A program made the position numbers and the translations under genes. A DNA stretch of 64,000 nucleotides, taken from assembly GCA_004022145.1 (NCBI GenBank), contig RCNU01000006.1; one strand, given 5' to 3'. The stretch comes from Paecilomyces variotii (taxonomy: Eukaryota). The stretch's first letter is position 1. Each line of letters starts with the position of its first letter. Below the pieces are notes generated by a model that did no database searches, had not been told where the DNA came from, and was given only the letters and a program-made list of their open reading frames with translations. Shown in pieces: positions 23,341-38,117 of the stretch.

Positions 23341-24584
23341 CAAGAGGACTCAAGTCATTGGAAAAGTCAAAGGACAACTTTGCAGAAAGGAAACGTTATG
23401 AAAGGGAGGTCAGAAAACGCTTTGATTTAGAAAAAAGACAAACCGGTACCTGATCCGAAAGTCCTCTTCGACCTCGTGTGGCAGGAAGATCACTGTAAAC
23501 ACAGAAAGCGTCCGAGAGGTTATTATCGCCCCTGCTGTCTAACAAGTGTCTCTATGTTGATCGAGTTATAGGCATAGAGATGTCGTCTATTATCCTGATT
23601 AGAAACAGTGCAGAACGGCCTTACGAGATCACGACGGAGAAACATAATATAACCGCCTATTCATGCCCTAGGGCGCCCCAGGAATGCGAGTTTTGAGCGA
23701 AGTCAGATGTTAACGTGTTTTGACCTTGATCCCGCCTATAGTTACTCATCTCGCCTTATCAATCATTGCCTGATACTGCAGTGGCTCTACGACTTATTAT
23801 ATCTCAGCCTGCCCCATGAGCGGATAGAGAAACATGGCGAATCGGATCAGGAGAATATATCTACGCAGGCTACATCTATCCCGACGTCGGAGTATCGATA
23901 GATTGTCTCCTTCTATAGAGACGACGAAAAGAACGAGTCTCCTGAACTATCGGTCGTTGCAAATTGCGGGGCGCTTAAGTAGGTACTTATATACAAGCCT
24001 CAAGGATAAAGACTCGTTTGTGAGTGGTTACAGTACTGTAATAGCCGTACTACAGATTAGGGATAGATGGGTAGGTAGCTGACATTTCACCATACTGCTC
24101 GTGTAAATTCCTCTACCGCGGTACGTACACTTCGCATCTGTCCTGTCAGCGGCGGCAACCGAGCTTCTGTCTATCAGCTTCATGGAAGCTTTACGGAAGC
24201 CCGAGCTACTTGATATACCGAACCAAACTGGGGAGATTGGCTCCGACAGCGGACCTCGGGATAATTATCGTCACGTGGTCAATAACCGAGTATAGGTGGT
24301 TATAAGAGATCGGTCTTGGTGGTTGGTGAGGTCCTAAGTGGTCAAGGCCATCTTGTGCTACATGGAACAGATGAAAAGTGGAGTCATTGTGCTTTTATTT
24401 TTCATCCGCATAACATACTACATGACCGTGATTCAGGACAAAGGCAACAAAAAGGCTCTATACGACATACAAGAAGATGGAAATCCCATCGCTCCAAATG
24501 ACCCATAAATCAGTCGTCAGGAGGCGAGCAATATTAGTTCTAGAAAGCGTAGATTTTGGAAAGATTCCTTGTGTCTCTCCGAAC

Positions 24585-25874
24585 CTATACAACGTGGCCA
24601 AAGGCCGGGATCAGAGTCTGAGCCAGCCAGAAGCTGAACACCAGCTTAGGTCCAGTCATCAGCAGCTTGGGCGTCAGGCCCTTGAAGAAGCTGGTGAAGC
24701 CCTCGTTCTTGGCCATAGAGGCGACGATCCGGAAACCAGACTCGGGGTTCTCGAAGTTGCGGGTCTGGATACGGGTCTTGATGACATCGAGCGGCGCGGA
24801 GACGATAAGGGAGGCACTAGCACCAGCGATGGAGGCGACGAAGTTCTGCGTCCACGAGGCCGAGTTGTAGTCCTGGAGGCCGTAGATGTATTCCTTGGCA
24901 AAAGCGGAACCACCGAAAAGCTAGATAGTGTTAGACATTCTGACAAGAACTGGGATTCAAGATAGAGAAACATACAGCGAAAGATCCAGGCGCGTTACGG
25001 GCAGCAGTCCAGCCGGCACCACGGTACAGTCCCATACCCTCATCGGAAATGATCTTGAAGAGTCCACGGCCACGGAAAGCTTCGGGGTTTGTCTGTCTCT
25101 TGATCTTCAGGACATCCAGGGGAAGCAGGACGATCTCTCCGATACCGATCAAACTATCGCATGTCAGCAATTGGATCTTTCCTTGCATTGTAGACAACGA
25201 AATCTCACCTTCCAGCAGTAGCGTGCATGATAGCCTTGCCAGTTCCCTTTCCGAAGGCGTTATCGAAGTCGGAGCCGTGGTGCTTGGCCAGGTAGTCTCT
25301 GACGAAAGGCTGACCACCGTACTTGTAGATTCTTTGCAAAACCTAAGAGAAAATCGTCAGCACGGGAGTTGTGCTATAACAGGCATTGGCATGCCGCAGA
25401 AATCGCACGTACCTTGTAACCCGCAGCGTATCCGAGACCGGGGAAGAGAGAAGTGAACTTGCGGGCGATAGGCGCAGAGGCATAATCCCTGAAGACAACC
25501 TGGTTCAGGCCGCTGAGGGAGGTGATCTATAAGACGCAATCCATCAGTCTCGCGCCGCTTGGCATAGTACTCAAGATACTGGCGACATACCCTGCCCTGG
25601 TGGCTCATCAATCGCTTGGCGGTAGTATCGACCTTTGCGAATCGTCAGTACTTGATAAGGCGTCAACAGCGGTTATGATATGAGTCGTACAGGATGGAAG
25701 ACCAGCAGCTCTGCGATACCGGCGGAACCTGTTTATTGCCGTTAATATCATGTCTAGGTCACACCAAAACTATCCATCCCACGCACCGGAACCCAGCAAT
25801 CGAGCGGTTGCTGACTCTCTCTTGACATCCTTTGCGGCTGAGCCGGCACCGGCCTGGACAATAGCTGGCGACAT
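24585..25874 (-). CDS. GGC1: Mitochondrial GTP/GDP carrier (multi-exon)
   Basis: 'ESATARLLGSG', 'GIGEIVLLPLDVLKIKRQTNPEAFRGRG', 'LYRGAGWTAARNAPGSFA', 'KLLMTGPKLVFSFWLAQTLIP'. Confidence 0.95.
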
Positions 25875-27447
25875 CTTTTCGGCTGAACGATTGGACACGC
25901 GGAGATTTTATCAGACGACTGTGTCAAGGGAAAAGGAGAAAGAAGCACTCAACGAAGATAGATGCAATCGCTCGAACGAAACTCCGCAGCCGAAGAGAAG
26001 GAAAGGAAAGGAAAACGCAGGATCACCTCCGGTAGCCTCCAGAACGACTCGATCTTCGACCGGGGACTTTCCCAAATTTTTAAGGGCGGCCGGCGGCCAG
26101 ATGGCGCTAATCCCGAAATAGGATACCGTCGCCGACTCCAGGTCCCGGGGTGTATCGGTGCTTTTGCTGTTGACCGTTCTTTCAGGTGAAGAGTACTAGA
26201 TTAATAATGGTCACGGTCATAGTACAATGCCATTATTACCTCTTCTTCGCTACAGACAACGTTGGTTGTTGTCAAAATGGGACCTGACGGTGCCCCGAGA
26301 TCGGTCTGATGGTGAACCAGCCAAGCTTTGTATACCGACGCCAACATACGGAAGCGCGAAACTGATGAGAATAATTGTCTATGGGTTCGTTCCAGATACA
26401 AATCGATAGAAGCGGACGGGATATACAGACATTATCCCTGGAAACAAACATACTCTTGAGTGGCTTCGTTATTGAGACAACAAATCTCGGACTTGTCAGA
26501 TCGTGCTGACTGGCAGAGGTAACCTGCTATTCCGATACCAAATTCGAGCCTAACACATGATGCCCCTGAGAAACAGCGTACAGTGGCTCATTTGTATTGT
26601 TGATGTAGGACGCATAAATGGAAGCATGGCACATATCATATCTGGGCCGACCGGACGTGGTCATGTCAGAACTGGCAAAGTTACATGCGAGCCTGCAAAT
26701 AGGCCTGCAGACTTTACATTACGATCAGAAAATGGTCGTCAATAGCAAGAGGTCACCAGTCTGAGGCTGGTGTACCTCGCCGCTATCTTCCCAAACATCG
26801 GGGAGATCATTCACGTGTAGCTATCACTAGGCACCATGTCACGGGGAGTCGATCTTTGACGTATGCGGGGACATCATCACCCCAAGTCGTTTCATAGAGA
26901 GGGGTAAATCTAGAGGGTACGAAAAGGCGATGGCGTTATCGGCCAGCCCATAAACGTAGACAGATAGGATGGAAATAATACATTTCAACTACTATATCTT
27001 GCTCGGATAGCAAATCTGATCTGTAATGGGTCGGAGGCAGCTGGTTGAACGGAACACGTGGTCCATGTCGTTCTGCATTAGGCCTCTTTCTATCCTTGCC
27101 CGTCTCCTAGTCCCTACTTTGAGCACCCCAGGAAGAGTAGTGAAGAATGCCGCATTTCAAATCCAAAAACGCGGGAGCGAACGGAGCACACGTATATGAA
27201 CCGTGGGAAGGATATCCTCGATTGACGACCCTTAAAGAGCAAGACTGGCAAGTACGGACCACTGAAAGAAGATAGAAAACCCGATATAACGCCCGCACAC
27301 ATGATAGAAACCCACCACCATATCGAGCAGCCCTGTCATCTCATCTGGTGTCGATCTTGATGATGTCTATAGACCCCAAGGAACATCCAGCACATATGGT
27401 TGTCAAGTGTCCTTGGTCGGTTGGGGAGATCGACCGCTCACAAGTCA

Positions 27448-28078
<631 letters not shown>

Positions 28079-29030
28079 TCAAAATCGATGGTAAGTGATG
28101 GTTGGGAGTATGAGCAAGTAATAGGAGAGATGGGAGTGATGGCTGGAAGTAGGAGGTCAAGTAGTTGGAAGGCGACAGCCCCGCGCGTAATCCAGACGGT
28201 CTGCGCCCGTTCGGGTCGGCCAGGTCACGGGGGGATGGCTGGCTGCTCTGAGAAGGCGGTGAGGCCCCACACGTGACTCACTGCGCAGGCATCACCGGCA
28301 CTTGGTCCGAGTCAACTGGGCAGAGCGACGAGATGCGCTGGGGGAATGAGGGAATACGACTTCCAGATGGCCGGTAGATTATCCTGGACTGGCCTGAAAC
28401 CACCGCAGCAGAGGCATTGCTGGTTCATCTGCCACCTGCGCACCTCTGACTCTCATCCTACGTGGCTTATCTGCTTCCGTTATCACTGATCGGAGACTCC
28501 ACCGGTGACCTGTCCGTCATCTGTTCCTGCAGCATGCCGCCTAACGTTCTTGAACCAGCTGGAGTATGATCATACGGGATCGACTCTTCTGGCAGCTCTA
28601 CCTCACGAGAAAGCCTTGACTCATCCTCGAGTATTAAGTGATTCCATAGTTAACCGGTCATCGGGTCTCTTGTCCAGTGGAGCCTCATCGTCTTTCGATC
28701 TAGTATTGATCTTGATATGGAATGCAAACAGTGCAAACTAACTTCCCCAGACAAACACAGCAAACAGCAAATCGTCCTCCAGTTTATTATTCGGCTTCCA
28801 AGCGACTGGACTTCCGGGTGCCGTGACAGCCACGATTGCCGCAGATGGTCTGACATTTGATATCAGCCTCGAATATTCAATTTTCGGGCCGATTGTTTGA
28901 TTTATTCGAGTCCAGGATTGGTCTGGGCGCTTGTTATTTCCATTCTTACCTTCCTTTTGGAGATCTAATCCTGCCATAATTCGTTCTCGTGACCGAACAG
29001 CGCCAATAACACATCAGCTTACTTCCAACC

Positions 29031-30414
29031 ATGGCGGCTCCAGGACGAGGCGCGCCTTTGGCGAGGTCATTACTTCGACGGCCTTTTAAAAGGAGCCAAT
29101 GCCCATCTCGCTTTTCCCAGAGACAGACCCTCAGATATTCTACAGAACAGAAGTCTCGCGAGTCGGTGCAGTTCACCGTCTGGCGACCGTACCTTCGACT
29201 TGCTATTGGCGTGCCATTCGTCGGTGCTCTAATATATTCCATAGTATGACCAATGCTTTACCGGGTTACAAAATAGTCTTGTTAATCCTTTGTCTATCCA
29301 GATGACTGGCGAAGTGACAGAGCTCGACTCCCCGTCCATAGTCGAGCTGGACGAAGCCTTGAAAAACCAATCGACCATCAATGAGTCCTCTCCAATGCGC
29401 CTCCGCATGGAGAAATTGATCAAAGAGCACCAGAAGAAGATCACAGAGGAATTGAGTCGCATAGATGGGAAGGAGTTCAAAACAGACACTTGGACACGTC
29501 CTAACGGCGGTGGTGGTATCTCCTGTGTGCTCCAGGACGGCAATGTCTTTGAGAAGGCCGGCGTCAATGTCTCTGTCGTTTATGGAGAGTTGCCTCGGGC
29601 TGCCATTGAGAAGATGCGCGCGGACCACAAGTCATTCGTTGCCGCTGATGTGGACTCTTTAACGTTTTTCGCTGCAGGGTTGTCTTTGGTCCTACACCCC
29701 CACAACCCTATGGCACCTACAGTCCACCTGAACTACCGATATTTCGAAACCTCAGATCCCAAAGATCCCCTTCACGGAGACAAGAATTGGTGGTTTGGTG
29801 GCGGTACAGATCTGACGCCATCTTACCTCTTCCCGGAAGACTGCGAACACTTCCACAAGACCATCAAGGATACCTGCGACAAACACGACCTGACCTACTA
29901 CCCGAAGTTCAAGGAATGGTGTGACAAGTACTTTTACCTACCTCACCGCGGCGAAGCCCGCGGTATCGGCGGTATCTTCTTTGACGACCTCGATGCCGCG
30001 TTCCTTCAAAGCTCATCTTCATCTTCCCAAAACCCACAAGAAACTCTCTTCTCTTTCGTCACTGATGCTCTGGCCTCTTTCCTCCCTTCATATGTTCCCA
30101 TCCTCGAGCGACGCAAGGACATGCCATTCACTCCTGCCCAAAAGGAATGGCAGCAGTTGCGCCGCGGTCGCTACGTCGAATTCAATCTCGTCTATGACCG
30201 AGGCACAAGTTTCGGTCTGCGCACACCCAACGCCCGTGTGGAGAGCATTCTGATGAGTCTGCCCCGAACGGCTAGCTGGGTGTACATGGACCCGATCTCG
30301 GGAACCTTCACGGACGACAAAGTCGACGGCACAGAAGAGCAGGCTGAGACGGAAGACAAGCAGAGAGAAAAGGAAATCATGGACGTTCTGAAGAACCCAA
30401 GACAGTGGGCTTGA
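29031..30414 (+). CDS. HEM13: Coproporphyrinogen III oxidase (aerobic); one intron near 29244-29301
   Basis: 'FEKAGVNVSVV', 'HPHNPMAPTVHLNYRYF', 'WWFGGGTDLTP', 'RRGRYVEFNLVYDRGTSFGL'. Confidence 0.97.
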
Positions 30415-31118
30415 ATGGAAATCATGTGTATGACAACGCATTATGTAAATTAAAGTTTTCGCTCTCCTGTATGTATGTATGTGTTACTAGTTATATATTA
30501 AAATGAAAAGACCACGAACCGGATAGATCCGGAATAGACGGTCATCGATATCACTCGAATCGCAGTCAATATTTTCCTTCATGATGTAGAATTGAAGCTT
30601 GCTTCCCTTTTCCTTTCTCTTTTTCTTGCCTTCCTTGAAAATTTGTACTAGTTAGTCCTTTTGATTATTAACAATTCTTCTTTTCCCGTCGAAAAGACAA
30701 TCTGGACCTGAAATATTGACAGATAATGACAGGAACCCCCCCTCCCCACCTAAGAAGTTGGTTGATCAATATAAGAGAGAAAACCTGATCAAGCGGTATG
30801 TGCATATATACATGCTGTAAACAATTTCTCCCACCAACAGCTGTATTTCTTTCTAGAAGCACTATGAAAATCTTATAAAGGGGGAATAAAGAACGAGAGA
30901 ACTCCTCCCTGTCCTTCGAATAGAAAGAAAAGAAAAGGTACAGGTAGTTGTGGTATCTGTGCGATAAGGAAACCAAAAGGGGAGTCGTCAATAGGGGGAC
31001 AGGACATGGATGCCAGACCTTTCAATGGCTCAAATTTGATAGAACATACGGACATGCTGTATGTTGAAAGAATACATAACGAATCGATCTGTGTCGATGC
31101 GTGCTTTATCATTCATAT

Positions 31119-33774
31119 TTACCTGCCAGCAACCATGCTTCTTTGTTTCGATAGCCAACCTCTCGACGCATCGGCACCAGCGCCAGCGCGGGTAGAGGCA
31201 GGGTGGCGGTATCGGGAAACGGTGACATTGCTGTTCTGGAGACGGCCTTGGAGATCGAACCAGGCAGATGATATGAGGGCGATCTCTCGTGATTGCTGAT
31301 CGATTACCTTTTGTAGCTCGGCCTGTAGAAGCTTGGTTAGGACTCTGAGGAAAGGATTCCAGATGGCGATAGTGCGGATATTGAGTTAACTCACCTCTCG
31401 CTCACTTAGTATATAGTCGATGTTGGTTTCTTCATGACTCTTGATCCGCTCCCGGAGGGAGTTGATAAGCTCGTTCAGGTGATCAAGGTGCTGATTAGAT
31501 ATTTGCGTTAGCTCAATGTTCCCGCAGATTGCAGAGACTTTAAGAGTATACGGAGTGATAGGAACACTCTTCTACGGTAGAACATATCCGAGGGAGTCTC
31601 CAAAACAGGGAAGCGTTCTTTTTTACTGACCTCTGCACCGTTCACCAGCCTGTCCACAGCCTTCTTCGTCACCTTAGAGAACTGCTCGAGTAGCTCATTA
31701 TCAGACTTCTCGGATTGTTCAGGATTTTCCGCACGAGCAGCAAACCGAGCGAGCAGAGCCTGCATCTCATTGATGAGATCCTGGTCTTCTGCACGGATTT
31801 CAGCCCGCTTCTGATCAAAGGCAGAGCGTAGCTCGTCCCGCTCAGTACAGACTTCTCTAGTGAGTGTCTGGCTAGCGTCCACCTCTGCCTCAAGGTGGTG
31901 GACCTTGTGCGTGAGCGCATCCCACTCAGCTCGGACCTTGGATACCTCCGCCGAATTTGCCTCCTTGACCCCGTTAAGCATGTCAAGCTTTTCCTTGTTG
32001 ACAAGACCAAGTTCATTCTTCGCGTCCTGAAGCAGGCGCTTGTTTGTTTCTAGCTCGTCTTCTAGATCTGCAAGTTTCTGTCGAACCTCTGCGTATTGGT
32101 CGTACAGTTTCCAGTACTCGGCGTTTTGAGTGGACTTGGCTTGCGCGAGCTGCGCTGTCAAGACCAGGTTTTCGGAGTAGGCCTCCAGATGTGAACCGAT
32201 CTTGGAGGGATCGCTGGGAAGCGCAATTTCTGTTTGTTCGCCAGCTTGGTCCTCGCCTACGCCTACCACCGTCGGCGAGTCGGTGGTCTTCAATCTGTCG
32301 ATCTCTTTCTTCAGATCGTCATTTTCCGCTTTCCTGGACCACATAGTTAGCACTGACAGGAAGAGATAAGACGGGTTACGAACAGTTGTGCCTCCTTGAC
32401 TCCAATATCCTCGAAATCCTTTTGCAGCGTACCCTGCAATTTCGGAGTACTACTGCCTGGGGTAAGTGATGGGCTACCGGGCGAGCCTTCAAGTTCCCGA
32501 ATGCGTTCCCTCAGCTCACTGATCACGGCTTCATCTCTTTCACGTTGCTCCTCGGCAGTCTGGAGGCGTTCCGTAAGCGCATGGTTATTGAATTCGAGCT
32601 GCTTCTTCAAGTTCTGGATTTCATGACGATCCTGCTCTATCCGCGGCAGAACTCGCCTATATTCTTCAAGCTCGACATCACGCTCTGAAGACCATTTCTG
32701 GTTGGAATCCGCATCCTTCAGTTGCTGCTGCAGGTCCTTAACCTGGTTCTTGAGGACTTGGTTCTCCTTTTCGAAGTCCTGACTTGCCTGCAGTTTCTGA
32801 CGGTACTTTTCAGCTGCATTGGCTTTACGTGCAAGCTGATCTCTCTCGGTCTTCAATTCATCGTAATCATCTTGCAGTGTCTGGTACCGCTGATTCTTGA
32901 CTCTTAAGGACTCCAGGTTCATCCGCAAGCTGTCAATCTCATCTTGAGCTGCAGCTATCTTCGCCTCCTGGGTTGCGATGAGATCCTCCTGCTGACGACT
33001 CTTCGTCTCCAGAGCCTTTGCATTGAATCCCATTTCTCCCTTCCCCGATTTCAGAGTTACCAGTCGGTCCTCGGTGGAGGCCAAGCGGTTCTGTAACGTA
33101 TCATTATTCTCCTGCAAGCGTGCCAGACGGTTGTGTAGATCCTCCAACGCCTTCTCCATTTCCTTCTTCTCGCTTGTCAATCGATCATTTTCCGCCAGAA
33201 CCTTGCCGACGCGTTCCTCAAATTGTAGCTCGGGGTCAACGGAAAGAGCAGGTTTGGAATCATCCTTAGGTTCATCATTATGGTCAATGTCATCGGGATT
33301 GCCATTCTGCGCCTCCTGTATAATATCCTTCAAGCCTTCTTGCGTCGAGGTACTCAGCGCTTGCAGCGTTGTCACGTAAGTCTCGGCGTTCGGGGAGCTG
33401 ATAGCGGCGATCAACAGCAGTTTCATAAGCTTATTCATCTCCTTAATAGAGTTGTGTTCTGCGATCATTTTCAGGTCCGGCGAGGCATCCAGCCCCGAGG
33501 GCAATTCATCGTCATTCTGGCTGCGGATATAGCTGATCACCAACTTGTGGATATGCTTCAGGTTCTGCCATTTAGGCACCCAGTGGTCGGATTGGTTGCG
33601 CTCTGGTAACTCGTCGAGAAAATACTGATGATCGATATCCTGTAAGATTTCCCATAGTATAGTCCCATCAGTTAGCTCGTCAATCGCCCGGATTGTCTTG
33701 CCCAGCGAGAAGCTATTGATCCACTCGAGCAACACCTTGGACACGGTGTGCTCGGCAGCCGTGGCAGGCACCAT
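31119..33774 (-). CDS. hookA: Hook-family dynein/early-endosome adaptor (multi-exon)
   Basis: N-terminal Hook domain 'LLEWINSF...DELTDGTILWEILQDID', long coiled coil, C-terminal 'RGWLSKQR'. Confidence 0.88.
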
Positions 33775-34385
33775 TTTGGACAAGTGCTCCTTGGTAATTT
33801 GGAATGGTCTATGGGGTTACTTGGTCCAGCAGAAATAAATTCTGCATGCTGACAAGGTAACAGCAGGTGGTGGATGGCTTCCAGGGGGGTTATTATTGTA
33901 TGCACTGGTCCGTCGCGAGTTTCCGCGTCGAGACTCGAGAGTCCGCGGGTCCACACTAGGGGCATTCGACGCCGCCAAAGATTGGACCCAACTGGAACTG
34001 AAACACAGTACCCTATCCTTGCTATATCTACGAAATTAAAAATAGAGTAATGATTAGAGGACTCTAATCAATCTCATACAGTTTCTTAAGATGCATCCAT
34101 CATTGGTTACTGAATTCTTGTGCTGAATGTTACTCCATTACCCCTAACGAATAATAATAGTACATAGATAGTCGAGGCACCCAGGCACCGTCCCGACACC
34201 CGAGGATCCCTCGACTTGAGTCGAGCAGAGTTCTGAAATCCAAGGGAATGCAGCACCCGTTACCCATTGTAAAAAAGAAATATAATGATATCCTAACGCC
34301 ATGTTCATTCATCGCATCATAAAACGAACGGAATGCATAACTCAAATTTCCAGTTGCCGCTGTGTTCGCAGGGACTGTTGCCTAT

Positions 34386-34853
34386 TCAAGCCTCATCAAT
34401 CGAGACGACCTGGTCTTCCTCGATCGAGGGGCTATATACAGAGGAAAAAGTCGAGAGGTTTTCAATGGCACTGGCAGAAGCCTTCGCGGCGAATCCTCTA
34501 TGGGATTGCGTTAGTTATATGATAGAGGTTGGAGTGGATGAAGGAACATACTTGATCAGTTCTGCAGAGCACAATGATTAGTACAACGGCCTTAGATAAT
34601 TGCTTAGATTATAGGCAACTTACGATATTCATGAGTGATCAGACCTCCCTGAGTTGTTACTCGTGGTTAGCATTGTATACCGACACACACAGCAGTGGCT
34701 TCAGCTTACAGCTTCTGTAATAGCATTCTTCGCCGTTGTCAAAACCGAATCTGGCGTATCCTTGGGATATGTGACGATGAAGGATTTCTGAGGGCTGACG
34801 GCCTGGGCAAGAGGCAGAAGGCCAAGGACGAGACTGTAGAGAAACAGCTTCAT
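34386..34853 (-). CDS. Small secreted peptidase inhibitor I9 (subtilisin propeptide-like) protein; 4 exons including a 10-nt micro-exon 34552-34561; absent from the ORF track
   Basis: Spliced MKLFLYSLVLGLLPLAQAVSPQKSFIVTYPKDTP...ITEA|GGLITHEYQ|LIK|GFAAKAS...SIEEDQVVSIDEA*. Confidence 0.85.
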
Positions 34854-35788
34854 GGTGTCACAGCGGATCAGTGATTCTTAGATGAATTTTCAAGTAAATG
34901 ACAACAAGCACAAAGTCACAACAATCCTGCTCGTCAATAAACCAAGTCACAACACATTCGAGACTTCTTTAGATCGATGGATTGATGTGATGGAACATGA
35001 TCTGGTTATCGCCTGCCATGAGACTCCCGACTTCGTCATCCACCGATGCTGACTCATCAACCGCCTCTTCAGTTCTCCGATCACCTCTCGTCTCTTGACC
35101 TTGCAACTGGCTAGTCAACTTCATTCATCGAACAAAGCACCCTTTTCCATTCTCCCCTATTCATTTTATGGAGTATATTCTCTAGCGCCTGTTCAGCAGT
35201 TTGTTTCAGTTCTCCTCTTTCTGCTTCTTTCTGACTGCGCCTGCCGTTGAGCCATTCCATCGCAAAAACTCACCCTTCCTGCTTCCTCACCGGCCTCATC
35301 GACAACTTTCTTCCTCTCAGTATTTCCTTTTCTGCTACCTGTTTTCTGCGGTAAAGGTAGAAGCCAGGATATTTACAGGTGTGGGTATAATTTTTTGAGG
35401 GTGGCCGCAGGCTTTCACTGGTCGTGGGCGTTCGCATGGACCTGTTGTTGTCTCAGTCACGAACATAGCTAGCAAGCATTCTACAAATTTCTTTCCAAAA
35501 ATTCTGCTCTTCCAGGAGATTCCTTTGGGGGGAAACAAGCAAAGAAAAAAAAGGCCATCATCTGGCAAGGAGGAAAAAAGAAGGCAAAAAAATCAAGACA
35601 GAAAAGACAAACGGGCACCAGAGAGACAAAAGCAGTGCGCACAAAAGAAAGCATTGATCTTCAATCAGGAAGCAGATATTGTCATATTGTGTATTCGGGT
35701 GTTATCCACTACGGACCACTCTGAACCCCCCTTGTGCAGAACTCATCTTCCCACAGCCATCCACCTTTCGTATACTTGATTGCCCGCC

Positions 35789-38117
35789 ATGTCTTCCGGA
35801 CTCGCTTCTGACGAAGTGGCCGAGGATTACAAGAACTCCCTTGAGGACCTGACTACAAATGACAAGTTCCAAATCAGCAACCTTACTGTCATAGCCAAAG
35901 AGAATACGGAGCATGCAATGGCAATATCCCGGGTGCTGGAAAACCACATTCGAACTGTAGGTGCCTCACTTCTCCCCCGTTCCCCTATGCTTGTTTCTAT
36001 CTTCATACTTTGTCAGTTGTACTGTGTTGTCGTAGTTGGTCTTTGGAAGAACTGCTCTAATTGTCTGTAGACACCACCTTCTCAGAAGCTGCCTGCTCTG
36101 TACGTAGTCGATTCTGTCGTCAAGAATGTAGGAACGCCCTACACTCTCTTTCTTGGACGAAATATGTACCAGACGTTCATGAATGCGTACACCTTGGTCG
36201 ATTCTCAAACTCGCAAGAAGCTTGATGAGATGCTCAAGACATGGAAAGAACCAGTCCCCGGTTCCCTAGATACCAGGCCGGTCTTCCCTGTTGAAATAAC
36301 TCGCAGTATCGAGAACGCTCTGATCAAGGCCAGGACAGCAGCACTTCAGCAGCAGCAGGCTAGAGGCCAACATGAGTTGCTGGGCCGCGGCCGTGGTGTT
36401 ACGACACCCCCAAACTGGACACATTCTCCTACTCCGCCTCTAGCTTCCTCGCGATATCCGTCTTCGTCGGGTCAGAACTTGGGTCCCCAATATGGGACAA
36501 ATGGACATGGCCATCAACCAGCAGTAAGTGAACATCTGATCCTTGTCAACTTCCATGTTACGTCTCGAAGTAGGAAGATTCAGCAATATGGATGCTCACC
36601 GGATGTAGCGGTACAATTCGCCAACGCCTCAGCCTAGTCAGGTGGTCGACCTTGGTGCCTTGAATAGTGATATAGATGCATTAATATCGACCGCTCGGTC
36701 CGATTTTGCCAATAATCCGCTAGATCCTTCTGTCCAGCAACGTCTCAAGGCTCTCCTCGATCTTCAAGGCATTTTGCAACGGCAGGAACTGCCTCAGGAA
36801 CAGCTCAGACTCGTCCGAGACCAGGTCTCTAGACTTGCACCTCCCAAGCCAGCAGCACCCCCAGCGCCTCCGGTGCCCCCAGTATCATCAGTACCGCAGA
36901 CACTTCCAATCTTCCCTTCGGCTCCGGCGCAATCTCTTGCATCGCAGCTACAACAACCAAACTTGCAGCAACTGCTTAACCCTGGAACGTTGGCCGAACT
37001 GATCAAAGCTACGACAAATAAACAGCAGCCCACACCTCCCCCTCAGGCACCCAATCCATATCCACAAGTTCCTGCGGTCGGCACTCCACAACCCCCTGCA
37101 GCTTCAACTGCAGCGTCCGAGAACCCGTTGATTGCCTCCCTGAGGGCGCGCGGTCTCCTACCACCTCTCCCCTCTGCCACTGCAACGCCACCAATACCGC
37201 CAGTTTTCCCCAACCTACCACTTATCGTCCCGGGTCAAGTCCGTTATACGCCTCCAGTTTCCACACCCCAGATTCCTGCCGCATCTGAGATGACCATCAG
37301 TGTGCAAATGAGCACAGCCTCCATCAAAATGTGAGTATAAATTCTGGAATTCGTGGTGACTACCGCTAAGATACATAAACAGACCCCGTCCCACTCTGGT
37401 AGCAACACTCTATGAAGCGAGATCCAATCGCTGCGGAACTTGTGGGCGTCGTTTCTTCGCTAATGAAGAAGGGAAAGAGAAAAAGGCTCGACATCTGGAT
37501 TGGCATTTTAGAACCAATCAGAGAATGGCAGATGCAGCGAAGCGCGGCCAGAACCGCAGCTGGTACGTGGACGAACGTGTAAGTATCTCCCTCTCCAGAC
37601 ATGTCAAGTGCACTTGTTGATAAATGATGCAGGATTGGATAAAATCGCGAGAATTCGAGGACGAGATCGGAGCTGCAGATGGCGGATCTGCTGGTAGTAA
37701 TACGGCAGGACCAGATGCTGCTGCGGCGCAGAAAGGCCCGAAGAAGCAATGGATCCATGCACCTAACGATGCGGTCTTACGAAATACGCCGTGTCCCATA
37801 TGCCAGGAGAAATTCGAATCTACGTGGTCGGAGGAAGTACAGGACTGGATCTGGCAGGATGCCATCAAGGTCGGCAGCCGCGTGTACCATGCAAGCTGCT
37901 ATAGTGAGGTTACCAAGGACGGCGCCGCCCCAGGACGGGGAGGCACACCTTCAGTGCGAACGGGTACCCCAGACTCTGTGCTGGGTAAGCGAAAAGCAGA
38001 GGTATGTGAAGAGCGTATTTGGACTTAATTATCAAGGAGATACACATTACTAATATCTTCCAGGATAATGATCCAGCTGAGCATAACGTCCGGATCAAGA
38101 CAGAACCTGTGTCATGA
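35789..38117 (+). CDS. PCF11: mRNA cleavage/polyadenylation factor Pcf11 (CID + zinc fingers; multi-exon)
   Basis: 'DYKNSLEDLTTNDKFQISNLTVIAKEN', 'KLPALYVVDSVVKNVG', 'RHLDWHF', 'CPICQEKF...VYHASCY'. Confidence 0.95.
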
